Of a stretch of 64,000 nt of DNA, positions 37,571 through 48,400 are shown piece by piece (position 1 is the first letter of the stretch; each line of letters opens with the position of its first letter). Source of the DNA: an uncultured Desulfatitalea sp. (lineage in GTDB: Bacteria; Desulfobacterota; Desulfobacteria; Desulfobacterales; Desulfosarcinaceae); contig CAXXMB010000001.1 of NCBI GenBank assembly GCA_963668675.2, positions 1,344,001-1,408,000 of the forward strand, given 5' to 3'. The notes under the pieces are model-generated. The model was not told the DNA's origin. It saw only the letters and a program-made list of their open reading frames with translations, and did not search any database. The position numbers and the translations under genes were made by a program.

Positions 37571-38341
37571 ATGAACACTCCTGACCTGCTGTACAGTGTG
37601 GAAAACAATGTCGCCTGGGTCACCATCAACCGGGAAGCCCAACGCAATACCATCAGCGCTCAGGTAGTGGCTCTTTTTATGGACTATCTGGACCGTGCCC
37701 ATGCTGATGAAAATGTGCGGGTGGTCGCCGTCACCGGTGCCGGCCCCAAGGCGTTTTGTGCCGGTGCGGACCTGGGAAGTGCCATGGCATCGGATGGCGG
37801 CGACGCCTTTCAGGATTATGCGGACCTGCTCAAACGGTTGACCGGCTTTCCCAAACCCACCCTGGCCAGGGTCAATGGCCACTGTTTGGCCGGTGGAACC
37901 GGCCTGATGCTGGCTTGCGACATTGTCATCGCTGCGGATTCGGCGATCTTCGGTACGCCCGAAGTGAACGTGGGCCTGTTCCCCATGATGATCGGTGCGC
38001 TGATTTTCCGTCATGTCCCCCGCAAGAAAGCGATGGAGATGGCGCTCTTGGGAGAGCGCCTGACCGCATCGCAGGCGCTGGAGATGGGATTGGTGACAAG
38101 GGTTGTATCTTCCGCGGATATCGACGATACGGTCGACTCGGTGTTGAAGCAACTGACAGCCAAAAGTCCCATCGGCTTGCGCATCGGCAAAGAGGCCTTC
38201 CACCAGGTTCAGGATATGCCCTTCGCCGAGGCACTGGATCATCTGGCCAAAAAGATTGCCGAGGTAGCCGCCACGCAAGATGCGCGGGAAGGTATCACAG
38301 CCTTTTTGGAAAAGCGTCCGCCTCAATTCAAAGGGAAGTAA
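37571..38341 (+). CDS. Enoyl-CoA hydratase/isomerase
   Basis: FCAGADL, LAGG, PEVNVGL. Confidence 0.9.
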   Translation: MNTPDLLYSVENNVAWVTINREAQRNTISAQVVALFMDYLDRAHADENVRVVAVTGAGPKAFCAGADLGSAMASDGGDAFQDYADLLKRLTGFPKPTLARVNGHCLAGGTGLMLACDIVIAADSAIFGTPEVNVGLFPMMIGALIFRHVPRKKAMEMALLGERLTASQALEMGLVTRVVSSADIDDTVDSVLKQLTAKSPIGLRIGKEAFHQVQDMPFAEALDHLAKKIAEVAATQDAREGITAFLEKRPPQFKGK

Positions 38342-38347
38342 AGAGCA

Positions 38348-40159
38348 ATGGAAACAAAGACGAACGACGCCAAGCACAAAGACAAACTGATCATCGCCAA
38401 CTGCTCCGGCTTTTTCGGCGATCGCATTGCGGCGGCCAAAGAGATGGTGAACGGGGGGCCCATCGATGTTCTGACCGGGGACTACCTGGCCGAGCTGACC
38501 ATGGCCATCTTGTTTCAGAAAAAACTCAAAAACCCCGAGGCCGGCTATGTGCCAACCTTCCTCAAGCAGATGGAGGAGGTGATGGGAACGTGTCTGGATA
38601 AAGACATCCGCGTGGTGACCAATGCCGGCGGCCTTAATCCTGCGGGCATGGCCATAGCGCTTGAGCGGATGGCAGAGAGACTGGGCCTCTCCCCCAGAAT
38701 CGCCTATATCGACGGCGACGACCTCATGCCGCGCCTGGCCGAACTCCAGAAAAATGGCGAAGAGCTGAACCATATGGACAAGGGCGTTGGCTTGAAGGCC
38801 GCCGGCGCCGTGCCGATCACTGCCAATGCCTACCTTGGTGGTTGGGGTATTTCAAAAGCCCTGTCCCGTGGGGCGGATATCGTGGTTTGCGGCAGGGTGG
38901 CCGATGCCGCCCTGGTCGCCGGTCCGGCGGCGTGGCATTTCGACTGGGAACGGCATGACTGGGATGCATTGGCCGGCGCCTATGCTGCCGGCCATATCAT
39001 CGAATGCGGCACCCAGGCCACCGGCGGCAATTACTCTTTCATCGAAGAGGTACCCTCATATAGAAATGTCGGCTTCCCCATCGCTGAGGTTCATGAGGAC
39101 GGCAGCTTTGTCATCACCAAGCATCCGGGTACAGGCGGGCTGGTTTCGGTTGGAACGGTCACGGCCCAACTGCTCTACGAAATCAGCGAACCAAGCTATT
39201 TGACCCCGGATGTGACCGTGCGTTTCGACACACTGCATCTGGAACAGATCGCTCCGGACCGGGTCCGGGCCACGGGCACCAGGGGCGCGCCCTCTCCGCA
39301 AACCACGAAGGTGTGCATCAATACGCTGGGCGGGCACAAAAATGCCATGACGGTGATCCTCACCGGCCTTGACATCGATAAAAAGGCCGAGATCGTTACG
39401 GAGAGCCTGTTTGACAGTCTGGGCGGACGCGATCAGTTCCAAAAAGTCGACGTGCAGCTGATCCGTTCGGACAAGCCCGATCCCAAAACCAATGACGAAG
39501 CCTTTGCCTATTTAAGGATCACGGTCATGGACCCGGACGCCAACAAAGCCGGCAAGCTCTTTTCCGCCAAGGTGGTGGAGATGGCTCTGGCCAACATCCC
39601 AGGCTTTACGGTCACAGCGCCGCCTTCGTCAGGTTCCCCCGCAGTGGTCCACTGGCCTGCGCTGGTTTCCGCCAGAGAGATCACCCAGCACCTGCATATG
39701 GATGGGGAGACCATCACCATCCAAACGACGACTCCGGACTCGGATGCAACGACACCTGAACCGGTCACCCACGAGCCCCCGGCCGTTCCTGGCGGCAAAC
39801 GCATTGAAGTCCCGCTTGGCCTTGCCTTTGCCACCCGTGCCGGCGACAAGGGCGGCAACGCCAATCTCGGCATATGGGCCCAAACCGTCGAGGCGTATGC
39901 TTTTTTAAGACACTTTCTCACGACGGACAGACTCAAGACGCTGCTCCCGGACTGCGCCCCCTTTGTTATCGATCGGTATGAACTGCCCAACCTTCTGGCG
40001 GTCAACTTTTTCATCCACGGGCTATTGGGAGAAGGCGCGGCAGCTTCGGTGCGCAGCGACCCTCAGGCCAAAACGCTGGGCGAATACTTGCGGTGCAAAG
40101 TCGTTGAGATGCCCGAATCGATTCTTGTCCACACCCACCAGAGAGGTGATGCCGAATGA
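38348..40159 (+). CDS. atuA: Acyclic terpene utilization AtuA family protein
   Basis: NCSGFFGDR, GDYLAELTM, HIIECGTQATGGN, RAGDKGGNAN. Confidence 0.9.
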   Translation: METKTNDAKHKDKLIIANCSGFFGDRIAAAKEMVNGGPIDVLTGDYLAELTMAILFQKKLKNPEAGYVPTFLKQMEEVMGTCLDKDIRVVTNAGGLNPAGMAIALERMAERLGLSPRIAYIDGDDLMPRLAELQKNGEELNHMDKGVGLKAAGAVPITANAYLGGWGISKALSRGADIVVCGRVADAALVAGPAAWHFDWERHDWDALAGAYAAGHIIECGTQATGGNYSFIEEVPSYRNVGFPIAEVHEDGSFVITKHPGTGGLVSVGTVTAQLLYEISEPSYLTPDVTVRFDTLHLEQIAPDRVRATGTRGAPSPQTTKVCINTLGGHKNAMTVILTGLDIDKKAEIVTESLFDSLGGRDQFQKVDVQLIRSDKPDPKTNDEAFAYLRITVMDPDANKAGKLFSAKVVEMALANIPGFTVTAPPSSGSPAVVHWPALVSAREITQHLHMDGETITIQTTTPDSDATTPEPVTHEPPAVPGGKRIEVPLGLAFATRAGDKGGNANLGIWAQTVEAYAFLRHFLTTDRLKTLLPDCAPFVIDRYELPNLLAVNFFIHGLLGEGAAASVRSDPQAKTLGEYLRCKVVEMPESILVHTHQRGDAE

Positions 40160-40959
40160 AAGCAATCTGCTCGGATCTCAAATGGGAACAGGAGACCCTC
40201 GATGCGCTGGTCAGCGAAATATCCCCCCTGGCCTGGGAACTGCTTACGCCAGGAGGAGAGTGGACGGTCAAGGATCAGATCTGCCACCTGGCTTATTTCG
40301 ACCATACGGCGAGGCTTTCGGCCACCGATGCCGAAGCCTTCAATGAACACGTGGTGGAAATCGTCGGCCAAGCCACCAGCATGGAGGAGATATCACGCCT
40401 CACACTGGCCAAAGGGCGTGCAATGGGGGTCGACGAACTGATCGACTGGTGGCGCGGCGAGCGGCAGCAGTTGATCGAGGCCCTCTCCGGCCTCGATCCC
40501 AAGCAGCGCCTGCCGTGGTACGGTCCGCCGATGAGCGCCCGCTCCTTTGCCACTGCGCGACTCATGGAGACTTGGGCCCACGGCCAGGATGTCTACGATA
40601 TCCTGAAAAAGAGGCGACCCGCCAGTCCCGGCCTCAAGCATATCGCCCACTTGGGCGTCACCACCTTTGGCTGGAGCTTTTCCAATCGCGGTTTGGAGAT
40701 ACCCGAAACGCCAGTGCGCGTCGAACTGACCGCCCCCTCCGGCGACATCTGGAGATGGGGAGATGAGACGACCGAAGCATCGATCACGGGACCGGCAGAG
40801 GCGTTTTGTCTGGTGGTGACCCAGCGGCGACATATCGATGACACAGCCCTTACGGCTACAGGTGATATCGCGCGCCAGTGGATGCGTGTCGCCCAGGCCT
40901 TTGCCGGCCCGCCAACCACGGGCCCGGCACCCGGAGAGCGTCTGGTTGAGATTATTTGA
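40156..40959 (+). CDS. TIGR03084-type DinB/MDMPI metal-binding protein
   Basis: WTVKDQICHL, PWYGPPMS, RLMETWAHGQD, AQAFAGPP. Confidence 0.85.
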   Translation: MKAICSDLKWEQETLDALVSEISPLAWELLTPGGEWTVKDQICHLAYFDHTARLSATDAEAFNEHVVEIVGQATSMEEISRLTLAKGRAMGVDELIDWWRGERQQLIEALSGLDPKQRLPWYGPPMSARSFATARLMETWAHGQDVYDILKKRRPASPGLKHIAHLGVTTFGWSFSNRGLEIPETPVRVELTAPSGDIWRWGDETTEASITGPAEAFCLVVTQRRHIDDTALTATGDIARQWMRVAQAFAGPPTTGPAPGERLVEII

Positions 40960-40986
40960 CACAATACACCCCTATGGAGTTTCTCG

Positions 40987-42138
40987 ATGAGCAAGCATCT
41001 TTACTTCACCAAAGAACACGATCAGGTTCGCAAGGCGATCCGGGATTTCGTAAACCAACGGATCACCCCTTTTGTGGACGAGTGGGAAGAAAAAGGCACC
41101 GCACCACTGCACGAGCTGTTCAAAGAGATGGGCACCCTCGGTTTTCTGGGCATCCGCTACGATCCGAAATATGGCGGGGAGGGGCTCGACTACTGGTATG
41201 AGACGATCATGCTGGAGGAGTGCGCCCATATCCCTTGCGGCGGCATCCCCATGGCCATTGCGGTGCAGACCAACATGGCCACACCAGCCATCGCGGAGTT
41301 CGGCAGTGACTACCTGAAGGAGACCTATCTGAAAGGCGCCATCAAGGGAGATATGGTAGGCGCCATCGCCGTGACCGAACCGGATGCCGGTTCCGATGTC
41401 GCGGCCTTGAAGACCTATGCCAGGCGAGACGGAGATGATTATCTGCTGAACGGATCCAAAACCTACATCACCAACGGCACCCAGGCGGATTTCCTCACGC
41501 TGCTGGCCCGCACCAGTGACGATGCCGGATATCACGCATTCAGCCTATTTGTGGTTCCCACTGACCTGCCGGGCTTTCAGGTGAGTCGCAAATTGGACAA
41601 ACTCGGCATGCGCAGCAGCGATACGGCCGAACTCTATTTTGACAATTTGCGCCTTCCAAAAGAGAATCTGATCGGCGCCGAAGGCGAAGGCTTCATCTAT
41701 CAGATGAAGCAGTTTCAGCACGAACGCTTTTCGGCCCTGCCCATGTGCTACATCGGTGCCGAAGACATCATCCGGGAGACCGTGGACTATTTGAGGGGCC
41801 GTATCGTTTTCGGCAAACCGTTGATTAAAAAACAGGTGCTGCGCCATCGGTTGGTGGACTGGCTGAGCGAAAACGAATCCCTGCGCCAGCTCGCATACCA
41901 TATCGTGCGCATGAAGATGGCCGGGCAGGACGCCACCCGGGAAATCTCCATGGGCAAACTGATCGGCGGCAGTCTCTTAAACAGAGTAGCAGACGGTTGC
42001 CTGCAGATGCACGGCGGAATGGGCTTCATGAATGAGATGCGCATTTCGCGGGCTTTCCGGGACGCCCGATTGATCTCCATCGGCGGTGGTGCCAGCGAAG
42101 TGATGAGCGATATTATTGCCAAACTCGAAGGGTTTTAA
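40987..42138 (+). CDS. Acyl-CoA dehydrogenase (AtuD-like)
   Basis: TEPDAGSD, NGSKTYITNG, GMRSSDTAEL. Confidence 0.93.
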   Translation: MSKHLYFTKEHDQVRKAIRDFVNQRITPFVDEWEEKGTAPLHELFKEMGTLGFLGIRYDPKYGGEGLDYWYETIMLEECAHIPCGGIPMAIAVQTNMATPAIAEFGSDYLKETYLKGAIKGDMVGAIAVTEPDAGSDVAALKTYARRDGDDYLLNGSKTYITNGTQADFLTLLARTSDDAGYHAFSLFVVPTDLPGFQVSRKLDKLGMRSSDTAELYFDNLRLPKENLIGAEGEGFIYQMKQFQHERFSALPMCYIGAEDIIRETVDYLRGRIVFGKPLIKKQVLRHRLVDWLSENESLRQLAYHIVRMKMAGQDATREISMGKLIGGSLLNRVADGCLQMHGGMGFMNEMRISRAFRDARLISIGGGASEVMSDIIAKLEGF

Positions 42139-42152
42139 TCCAACTGCCAAGG

Positions 42153-43319
42153 ATGATATGCATGGAAAATAGTGGAAACGGGCCCGGGCAACTGAGCTAT
42201 TTTTCCAGTGAACAACAGCGCCTGCGCATGGCGGTGCGTGAGGTGATCAAAAAGGAGGTGCTTCCCCACATCGAAGGATGGGAAGAGGCCGGCGGCTTTC
42301 CCAGGGAGAAGTACGATCTGTTTGGAGATCTCGGTTTTTTGGGGGTTGGTTTTCCGGAAGATGTCGGAGGCAGCGGCGGGGATATCTTCGACCTCATTGC
42401 GGTGAGTGAAGAGATGATGCGCTCGGGTTCCGGCGGATTCGCAGCCAGCATCGGCTCTCTGAACATCGCCCTGCCGCCGATTGTCAGGCACGGTACCCCC
42501 GAACAGATAGAGCGCTTTGTGAAGCCGGTGCTGCATGGCAAGCGCATCGCCGCACTGGGCATCACCGAACCGGGCGGAGGATCGGATGTGGCCAACATCC
42601 AAACCACCGCCGTCCGCGATGGTAAGGGCTATCGGGTCAACGGCAGCAAGACGTTCATTACCAGCGGTGCGCGGGCCGACCAATTAACATGTGCCGTGCG
42701 AACTGGAGAAGCAGGAGCCCACGGCATCAGCTTCCTGGTGATCGAAAAGCAGACGCCCGGGTACACGGTGGGAAGCGTCCTGAAAAAAATGGGTTGGTGG
42801 GCCTCCGACACGGCCGAAATCTTTTTTGACGACTGCCTTGTTCCGGTCGGCAATCTCATCGGCAAGGAGAACGAGGGTTTCTATACCATCATGGAGAATT
42901 TCCAGGCCGAGCGATTGCAGCTCAGCGTCATGGCCAACATGACATCCCAAATGGCCTTGGAAGAGGCCTTGGCCTACACAAAAGAGCGCAAGGCGTTTGG
43001 ACGGCCCCTGAAGGGGTTTCAGGTGATCCGCCACAAACTCGTGGAGATGGCCACCCTGGTCGAAATCAGTCGCGAATTCACCTATCGCGTGGCGTCCAAG
43101 ATCAATGCCGGCATTGACCAGGTCAAGGAGATCTCCATGGCCAAAAATTTTGCCTGCAGCGTCAGCGACCGGGTCACCCATGAGGCCGTGCAGCTCTTCG
43201 GCGGTTACGGTTACATGCGCGGCTATCTCGTGGAACGGCTGTATAGGGACAACCGTATTCTCTCCATCGGAGGTGGCACGACAGAGATCATGAAGGAGAT
43301 CATTTCCAAATTGATATAA
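42153..43319 (+). CDS. Acyl-CoA dehydrogenase
   Basis: TEPGGGSD, NGSKTFITSG, IGGGTTEIMK. Confidence 0.93.
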   Translation: MICMENSGNGPGQLSYFSSEQQRLRMAVREVIKKEVLPHIEGWEEAGGFPREKYDLFGDLGFLGVGFPEDVGGSGGDIFDLIAVSEEMMRSGSGGFAASIGSLNIALPPIVRHGTPEQIERFVKPVLHGKRIAALGITEPGGGSDVANIQTTAVRDGKGYRVNGSKTFITSGARADQLTCAVRTGEAGAHGISFLVIEKQTPGYTVGSVLKKMGWWASDTAEIFFDDCLVPVGNLIGKENEGFYTIMENFQAERLQLSVMANMTSQMALEEALAYTKERKAFGRPLKGFQVIRHKLVEMATLVEISREFTYRVASKINAGIDQVKEISMAKNFACSVSDRVTHEAVQLFGGYGYMRGYLVERLYRDNRILSIGGGTTEIMKEIISKLI

Positions 43320-43552
43320 ATTCATTCTTGTCCCTTTTGCAAAGAGGGGCGTGTTCTTGATGAACACGCCCAATGCATCATCGTTTCATCCCGAAAAGAT
43401 CTTGAGAGCTGCAAACCGATGCAGGGCGCACGCCTGCTCGAAAGAACTCATGCCGTTGCCGACAGGCACGGCTGAAGATATCAGGTCTCTCAACATCGGC
43501 CAATCTCAAGAGGACCCGAGTGCGGTCAAAGCGGCGCAGATGAGGAGGAGAA

Positions 43553-45361
43553 ATGGTGTATACATTGGACAAGCCGGACAACCTTGTTGAAATGCTGGAC
43601 GACAGCGTGTCACGCTACGGCACCAATCAATGGATGGGCACCAAGAACGTAACAAAGGATGGCTACGATTGGGTTACCTACAATCAAGTGGCGCAGCGCA
43701 TCACAGATCTTCGTGGCGGATTGGCCCACCTGGGTATCCGGAAAGATGACGCCGTCGGCATCATTGCCGGCAACCGGGTGGAGTGGGCCGTTGCGTGCTA
43801 CGCCACCTACAGCCTCGCAGCCCGCTTTGTTCCAATGTATGAGGCGGAATTGGAGAAAACCTGGCGATATATCATAGAGGATGCGGCTGTCAGGACACTC
43901 TTTGTTTCCAAACCGGAAATTCTGGGAAAAATCAAAAGCTGGTCTGGTGAGATAGACACCCTGAACCAAACTGTTCTCATCGACGGTCAGGGCGAAGGGA
44001 CGATGGAGGCGCTGGAGCGCCTGGGCAGGGAAAATCCGGTGCCTGCCGTCTATCCGGAAGCAGACGATATTGCCGGTCTGATCTATACATCCGGTACGAC
44101 CGGCGCCCCCAAAGGGGTGCTTCTCTCTCACGGCAATATTACCAGCAACATTCATGCGGCGAAAAAGAGCTATCACATGCTGGATCACTCCATACGGACG
44201 CTCTCTTTTCTCCCCTGGGCCCACTCCTATGGACAAGTGGTCGAGCTCCATTTTCTCATGAGGATAGGCGGTTCAACCGGTTTTGCGGAGAGCCCCCAGA
44301 CCATTGTTGACGACCTGGCCCTGGTCAAACCCACTTTCCTTCTCGCCGTACCGCGCATCTTCAACCGCGTCTATGACGGATTGCATACGAAGATGAATGA
44401 ACAAGGCGGATTGGCGAAGAAACTCTTTGACATGGGCGTCAGCGCCGGGAAGGAGCGCAGGCGTTTGAGGCAGGAGGGGCGGACCAGCATTTTCAATGCC
44501 TTGAAATTTAAATTGGCCGATGCGATCGTCTTTAAAAAAATCCGCCAGAAGTTTGGTGGCCGTCTTATGTATTCTGCCAGTTCCAGTGCGGCACTCAGTC
44601 CTCATATAGCTGACTTTTTTGAAGATGTGGGTATTCCTGTATATGAAGCGTGGGGAATGACCGAATTATCGCCCGCAGCGACGCTCTGCACGCCCGAGGC
44701 CAAAAAGCGGGGCAGCGCCGGCAAGGCGATCGACAAAGTGCGTTTAAAAATAGACAAGACCTTCGCTGTCGACAATCCAGACGAGGGTGAACTGATCGTC
44801 TACGGCCCCAATGTCATGAAGGGGTATCACAACAAGCCCGAAGCGACCCGGGCTACCATGACTGAGGATGGCGGACTTCGATCCGGCGACCGGGCCTATA
44901 TCGACGACGAGGGGTATCTCTTCATCACCGGCCGCATCAAAGAGCAGTTCAAACTTCAAAATGGAAAATTCGTCTCACCGGCCACGATGGAGGAGGAGAT
45001 CAAACTACTTCCGTGGGTCGAACATGCCATGGTCTATGGCCTTAACCGGCCGTACACGGTCTGCCTTGTTTTTCCTGATTTTCTCGTCATGGGAAAAACG
45101 GCGGCCCAAAAGGGGTGGCCCCTTGATCCTGCTGCCATGGTTGCCGATTCCGGCTTCAGATCCCATATGGAACACCAGATCCTCGAACACCTGCAGGGAA
45201 AATTCGGGCATTACGAGATACCGAAACGGTTTCTTTTTCTCAGTGAGGGGTTTACCGTCGATAACGGTATGCTGACTCAGACGTTTAAACTGAAGCGCCG
45301 CGAGGTGCTGAAAAAATACCAGCCGATGATCGATGCGGCTTATGAATCGACACCGCCTTAA
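43553..45361 (+). CDS. Long-chain acyl-CoA synthetase (AMP-binding)
   Basis: YTSGTTGAPKG, WGMTE, SGD, ITGRIKE. Confidence 0.93.
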   Translation: MVYTLDKPDNLVEMLDDSVSRYGTNQWMGTKNVTKDGYDWVTYNQVAQRITDLRGGLAHLGIRKDDAVGIIAGNRVEWAVACYATYSLAARFVPMYEAELEKTWRYIIEDAAVRTLFVSKPEILGKIKSWSGEIDTLNQTVLIDGQGEGTMEALERLGRENPVPAVYPEADDIAGLIYTSGTTGAPKGVLLSHGNITSNIHAAKKSYHMLDHSIRTLSFLPWAHSYGQVVELHFLMRIGGSTGFAESPQTIVDDLALVKPTFLLAVPRIFNRVYDGLHTKMNEQGGLAKKLFDMGVSAGKERRRLRQEGRTSIFNALKFKLADAIVFKKIRQKFGGRLMYSASSSAALSPHIADFFEDVGIPVYEAWGMTELSPAATLCTPEAKKRGSAGKAIDKVRLKIDKTFAVDNPDEGELIVYGPNVMKGYHNKPEATRATMTEDGGLRSGDRAYIDDEGYLFITGRIKEQFKLQNGKFVSPATMEEEIKLLPWVEHAMVYGLNRPYTVCLVFPDFLVMGKTAAQKGWPLDPAAMVADSGFRSHMEHQILEHLQGKFGHYEIPKRFLFLSEGFTVDNGMLTQTFKLKRREVLKKYQPMIDAAYESTPP

Positions 45362-45397
45362 GCGGTGGTCGCCTTGGCCTCGATACACCTGCCTGGT

Positions 45398-45427
45398 AAA
45401 AAACGGGCCTGGATTGATCCAGGCCCG
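45398..45427 (-). terminator. Intrinsic terminator
   Basis: AAAAAA-CGGGCCTGGAT-TG-ATCCAGGCCCG. Confidence 0.75.
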
Positions 45428-45464
45428 CCATATATCTTTATAGAGAACCAGGTAAAATTTTGAG

Positions 45465-46619
45465 CTATTTCAGGATGACATCTTTCGGCAGTCGTTGAGA
45501 TAGAATCTCTACGGTTTCCGCCACCATCTCCTCCAACACGGTTTTCGCCGGCTTGATCTCATGAATGATGCCGGATACCTGACCGGCCAGGCCGCCCACA
45601 TAATCATCTTTCTCGGCTTCGATGAAGCTGGCCAACAACGCCGAAGAGATCATCACCTGGGTAGGAAACGGCAGGGGATCCAATCCCGAGTCAGTCCACA
45701 GGTCGTGATATTTGTTATAGCTGGCACGCAGTGTTTTTCCGGAGTAGGCCGTACTGACGCGTGTATCTTCATCGGTGGAAGAGATGATGCGCTGTTTGTT
45801 GACGGGCAGAGCACCCCCCTCATTGGTAGCTAAAAAGCGAGTGCCGACCCAAACACCAATGCATCCCATGGCCAGTGAGGCGGCAAGCCCGCGACCATCA
45901 CCGATACCACCGGCCGCCAGTACAGGAACCGGCGCGGCAGCATCGATCGCCGCCGGTAGAAGGGCCATGGTGCCGATACGGCCGGTATGGCCGCCGCCTT
46001 CATGCCCCTGGGCCACCAGCAGGTCAATGCCCGAGTCGGACATGCGTCTGGCATTTTTGGAATTGCCGGTGATGCCCAACACCTTCATGCCTTTCGCATG
46101 GGCGTCGGCCACCATGAATCCAGGATTTCCGAGACCGGCACAAAACAGAGGCACGCGCTCCTCAAGGCATACCTGTACGGACTCTTTGGGGCGCATGGTG
46201 GTGGTATTCATGCGCACCATCACCTCTGTGTCGGGCAGGTCCATCTCAGCCTTGATTTTGTTGACCCAATCCATGTGGGGTTTGGGGATACTCTTTAACA
46301 CTTCGCTCAGCGGCAGCTGATCAATCTCACGGCTGCCCATACCGCCACCCAGATCAATTTTCTTGGGCAGCAGAAGGTCGACCCCAAACGGTTTGTCTGT
46401 CCGAGCTTTAATCTCCCGAATGGCCTCGCGCAGCTCATCCACTGTAAAGCCGCTTCCGCCAAGGACACCCAAACCGCCCGCTTCAGAAACCGCCACCACC
46501 AACTCTACCGGTGCCCCGGTATTTTCGCCGATCAAAGTAGGTCCCATCCCGGCGCTCAAAATGGGATATTCGATACCAAGCATTTCGCACAGCTTGGTTT
46601 TCAAAACAGGCCTTGCCAT
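45465..46619 (-). CDS. Nitronate monooxygenase / FabK-like flavoprotein
   Basis: VSEAGGLG, QGHEGGGH, AAGGIGDGRG, GTRF. Confidence 0.88.
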   Translation of the reverse strand: MARPVLKTKLCEMLGIEYPILSAGMGPTLIGENTGAPVELVVAVSEAGGLGVLGGSGFTVDELREAIREIKARTDKPFGVDLLLPKKIDLGGGMGSREIDQLPLSEVLKSIPKPHMDWVNKIKAEMDLPDTEVMVRMNTTTMRPKESVQVCLEERVPLFCAGLGNPGFMVADAHAKGMKVLGITGNSKNARRMSDSGIDLLVAQGHEGGGHTGRIGTMALLPAAIDAAAPVPVLAAGGIGDGRGLAASLAMGCIGVWVGTRFLATNEGGALPVNKQRIISSTDEDTRVSTAYSGKTLRASYNKYHDLWTDSGLDPLPFPTQVMISSALLASFIEAEKDDYVGGLAGQVSGIIHEIKPAKTVLEEMVAETVEILSQRLPKDVILK

Positions 46620-46646
46620 ACGCTTCTCCTTTAGAGGTTCATCCTA

Positions 46647-47513
46647 TTATGCTTCCTGAATAAATTCGTTTATCAGCAACGCAACTTCCCGAGGTTTTTC
46701 TTCCTGAACGAAGTGAGCGGCCGCTATGGATTCTACTCGAATCGAATCAAAGCCATCCTCGATATGGTTTAAAAATTCCGGGATAATGACAGAGTCTTTA
46801 TTGCCGTGAATATAGAGGCTCGGCATTGGGAATTTCTTTTCTGCAAGCGTGGCCCAGTGCTCCGCGTCTAACCGCATGGCGCGATAATAGGATGCCGCGG
46901 TCCCTGGCGTGTTCTCGATGCTGTAACAGCGGATATATTCGGCGATGGCTTCGGCCGGGATCGTACCGTCCTTGCCGGCTTTTCCGAAGAAATAGGAGAC
47001 CCAGACCTTCTCGTTGCCCTTGATCATGGCTTCCGGCAATCCCGGCTGCATCTGGAAGTATTGGTACCAAAACGGTATGGCGCCCTGGCTATAGATAAGT
47101 CCTCTTGCCTCAAGCGTCCCGACGGGGTTGGTAAGGACGGCAATGTTCAAAATGACCAGTCGCTTTACCCGTTCGGGAATCAAAAGCGCAAGTTCCTGGG
47201 CCACAATACCACCCCAGTCGTGACCCACCAGAAAGAACGTATCGACGCCCATAGCATCGAGGATCTCTGCGATATCTTTTGCCAGTTCTACCTTTTGGTA
47301 GGCCTTGACGTCCATCGTACGTTCACTGTCGCCAAGCCCTCGAAGGTCAGGCGCAATCATGTGCAGTGATGAATCCAGATGGGCCGCAACGCCATCCCAG
47401 CAGTAAGAGCTTTCCGGCCATCCATGCAGCATGACCACTGGGAACCCATCGGGATTCCCCCACTCCCGTATATTGAAAACACCTCGTGAAACCGTCATTT
47501 TTTTCGTACTCAT
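46647..47513 (-). CDS. Alpha/beta hydrolase (epoxide hydrolase-like)
   Basis: HGWPE, DLRGLG, GHDWGG, HFVQEE. Confidence 0.9.
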   Translation of the reverse strand: MSTKKMTVSRGVFNIREWGNPDGFPVVMLHGWPESSYCWDGVAAHLDSSLHMIAPDLRGLGDSERTMDVKAYQKVELAKDIAEILDAMGVDTFFLVGHDWGGIVAQELALLIPERVKRLVILNIAVLTNPVGTLEARGLIYSQGAIPFWYQYFQMQPGLPEAMIKGNEKVWVSYFFGKAGKDGTIPAEAIAEYIRCYSIENTPGTAASYYRAMRLDAEHWATLAEKKFPMPSLYIHGNKDSVIIPEFLNHIEDGFDSIRVESIAAAHFVQEEKPREVALLINEFIQEA

Positions 47514-47589
47514 CTTCGTTCCTTTCCATCGTGAAGCCGTCACTCATCATCAAGACAAGGTCTATTCTCGGTCTACTTCTCCTTTCCTT

Positions 47590-48372
47590 TTAGCGGCCTT
47601 TGAAATTGGGGGCTCGTTTTTCAAGGAACGCCTTTGCGCCCTCTTTGAAATCCTCCGTAAACAGCAGTGCTTTACTGGCAGCCTGCTCGATATTGGTAAC
47701 GCCGTCGTAAAGGTCGGTTTCCAGCCCCAGGCGAACCGCTTTCAAGATCTCTCGCTGGGCCACGGGAGCGCCGGCGGCCAGTTTCTTGGCCATTTTCTTC
47801 GCCGTTGCCAACACCTCGGCCGCAGGAACGACTCTGTTTAGCAGCCCTAACGACAACGCTTCTTTGGCCGGCATGAAATCGCCGGTCAGCATCAATTCAA
47901 GGGCTTTGGTCTTGCCGATAAAACGGGGCAACCGCTGGGTGCCACCCCATCCCGGGTTCAGCCCCAGCTTCACCTCGGGAAGGCCAATTGTCGCTTCTTC
48001 GGCCATGATCCGCAGGTGGCAGACGCAGGCCAGCTCCAGGCCACCGCCGTAAGCGCTTCCCTGCAGAGCGGCGATAATGACCTTGGGATAATTTTCGATC
48101 TTAAAATAGATCTCATTGCCGTTGTATTCCGGGACCTTTCCGGCCTGGTAGCCTGCAAATTCGGTAATGTCTGCACCGGCGGAAAAAAGCTTGGTGCCGG
48201 TACCGGTGATGACAATGACGCGAACATTGTCGTCGTTTTCGCACTTGTCCAGCAGGTCGTTCAGGTCTCTTAAGACGCCCTGCCCCATCGAGTTCGCCGG
48301 TGGATGGTTGATTGCCGCCACGACCACCATGCCGTCTTGTTCCACAGTCAGTTTTTCATACTCAAAAGCCAT
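47590..48372 (-). CDS. Enoyl-CoA hydratase (crotonase)
   Basis: FSAGADI, GGGLEL, PEVKLG, GGTQRL. Confidence 0.92.
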   Translation of the reverse strand: MAFEYEKLTVEQDGMVVVAAINHPPANSMGQGVLRDLNDLLDKCENDDNVRVIVITGTGTKLFSAGADITEFAGYQAGKVPEYNGNEIYFKIENYPKVIIAALQGSAYGGGLELACVCHLRIMAEEATIGLPEVKLGLNPGWGGTQRLPRFIGKTKALELMLTGDFMPAKEALSLGLLNRVVPAAEVLATAKKMAKKLAAGAPVAQREILKAVRLGLETDLYDGVTNIEQAASKALLFTEDFKEGAKAFLEKRAPNFKGR

Positions 48373-48400
48373 TTGATTCCTCCATAATGTTTTAGATTTA

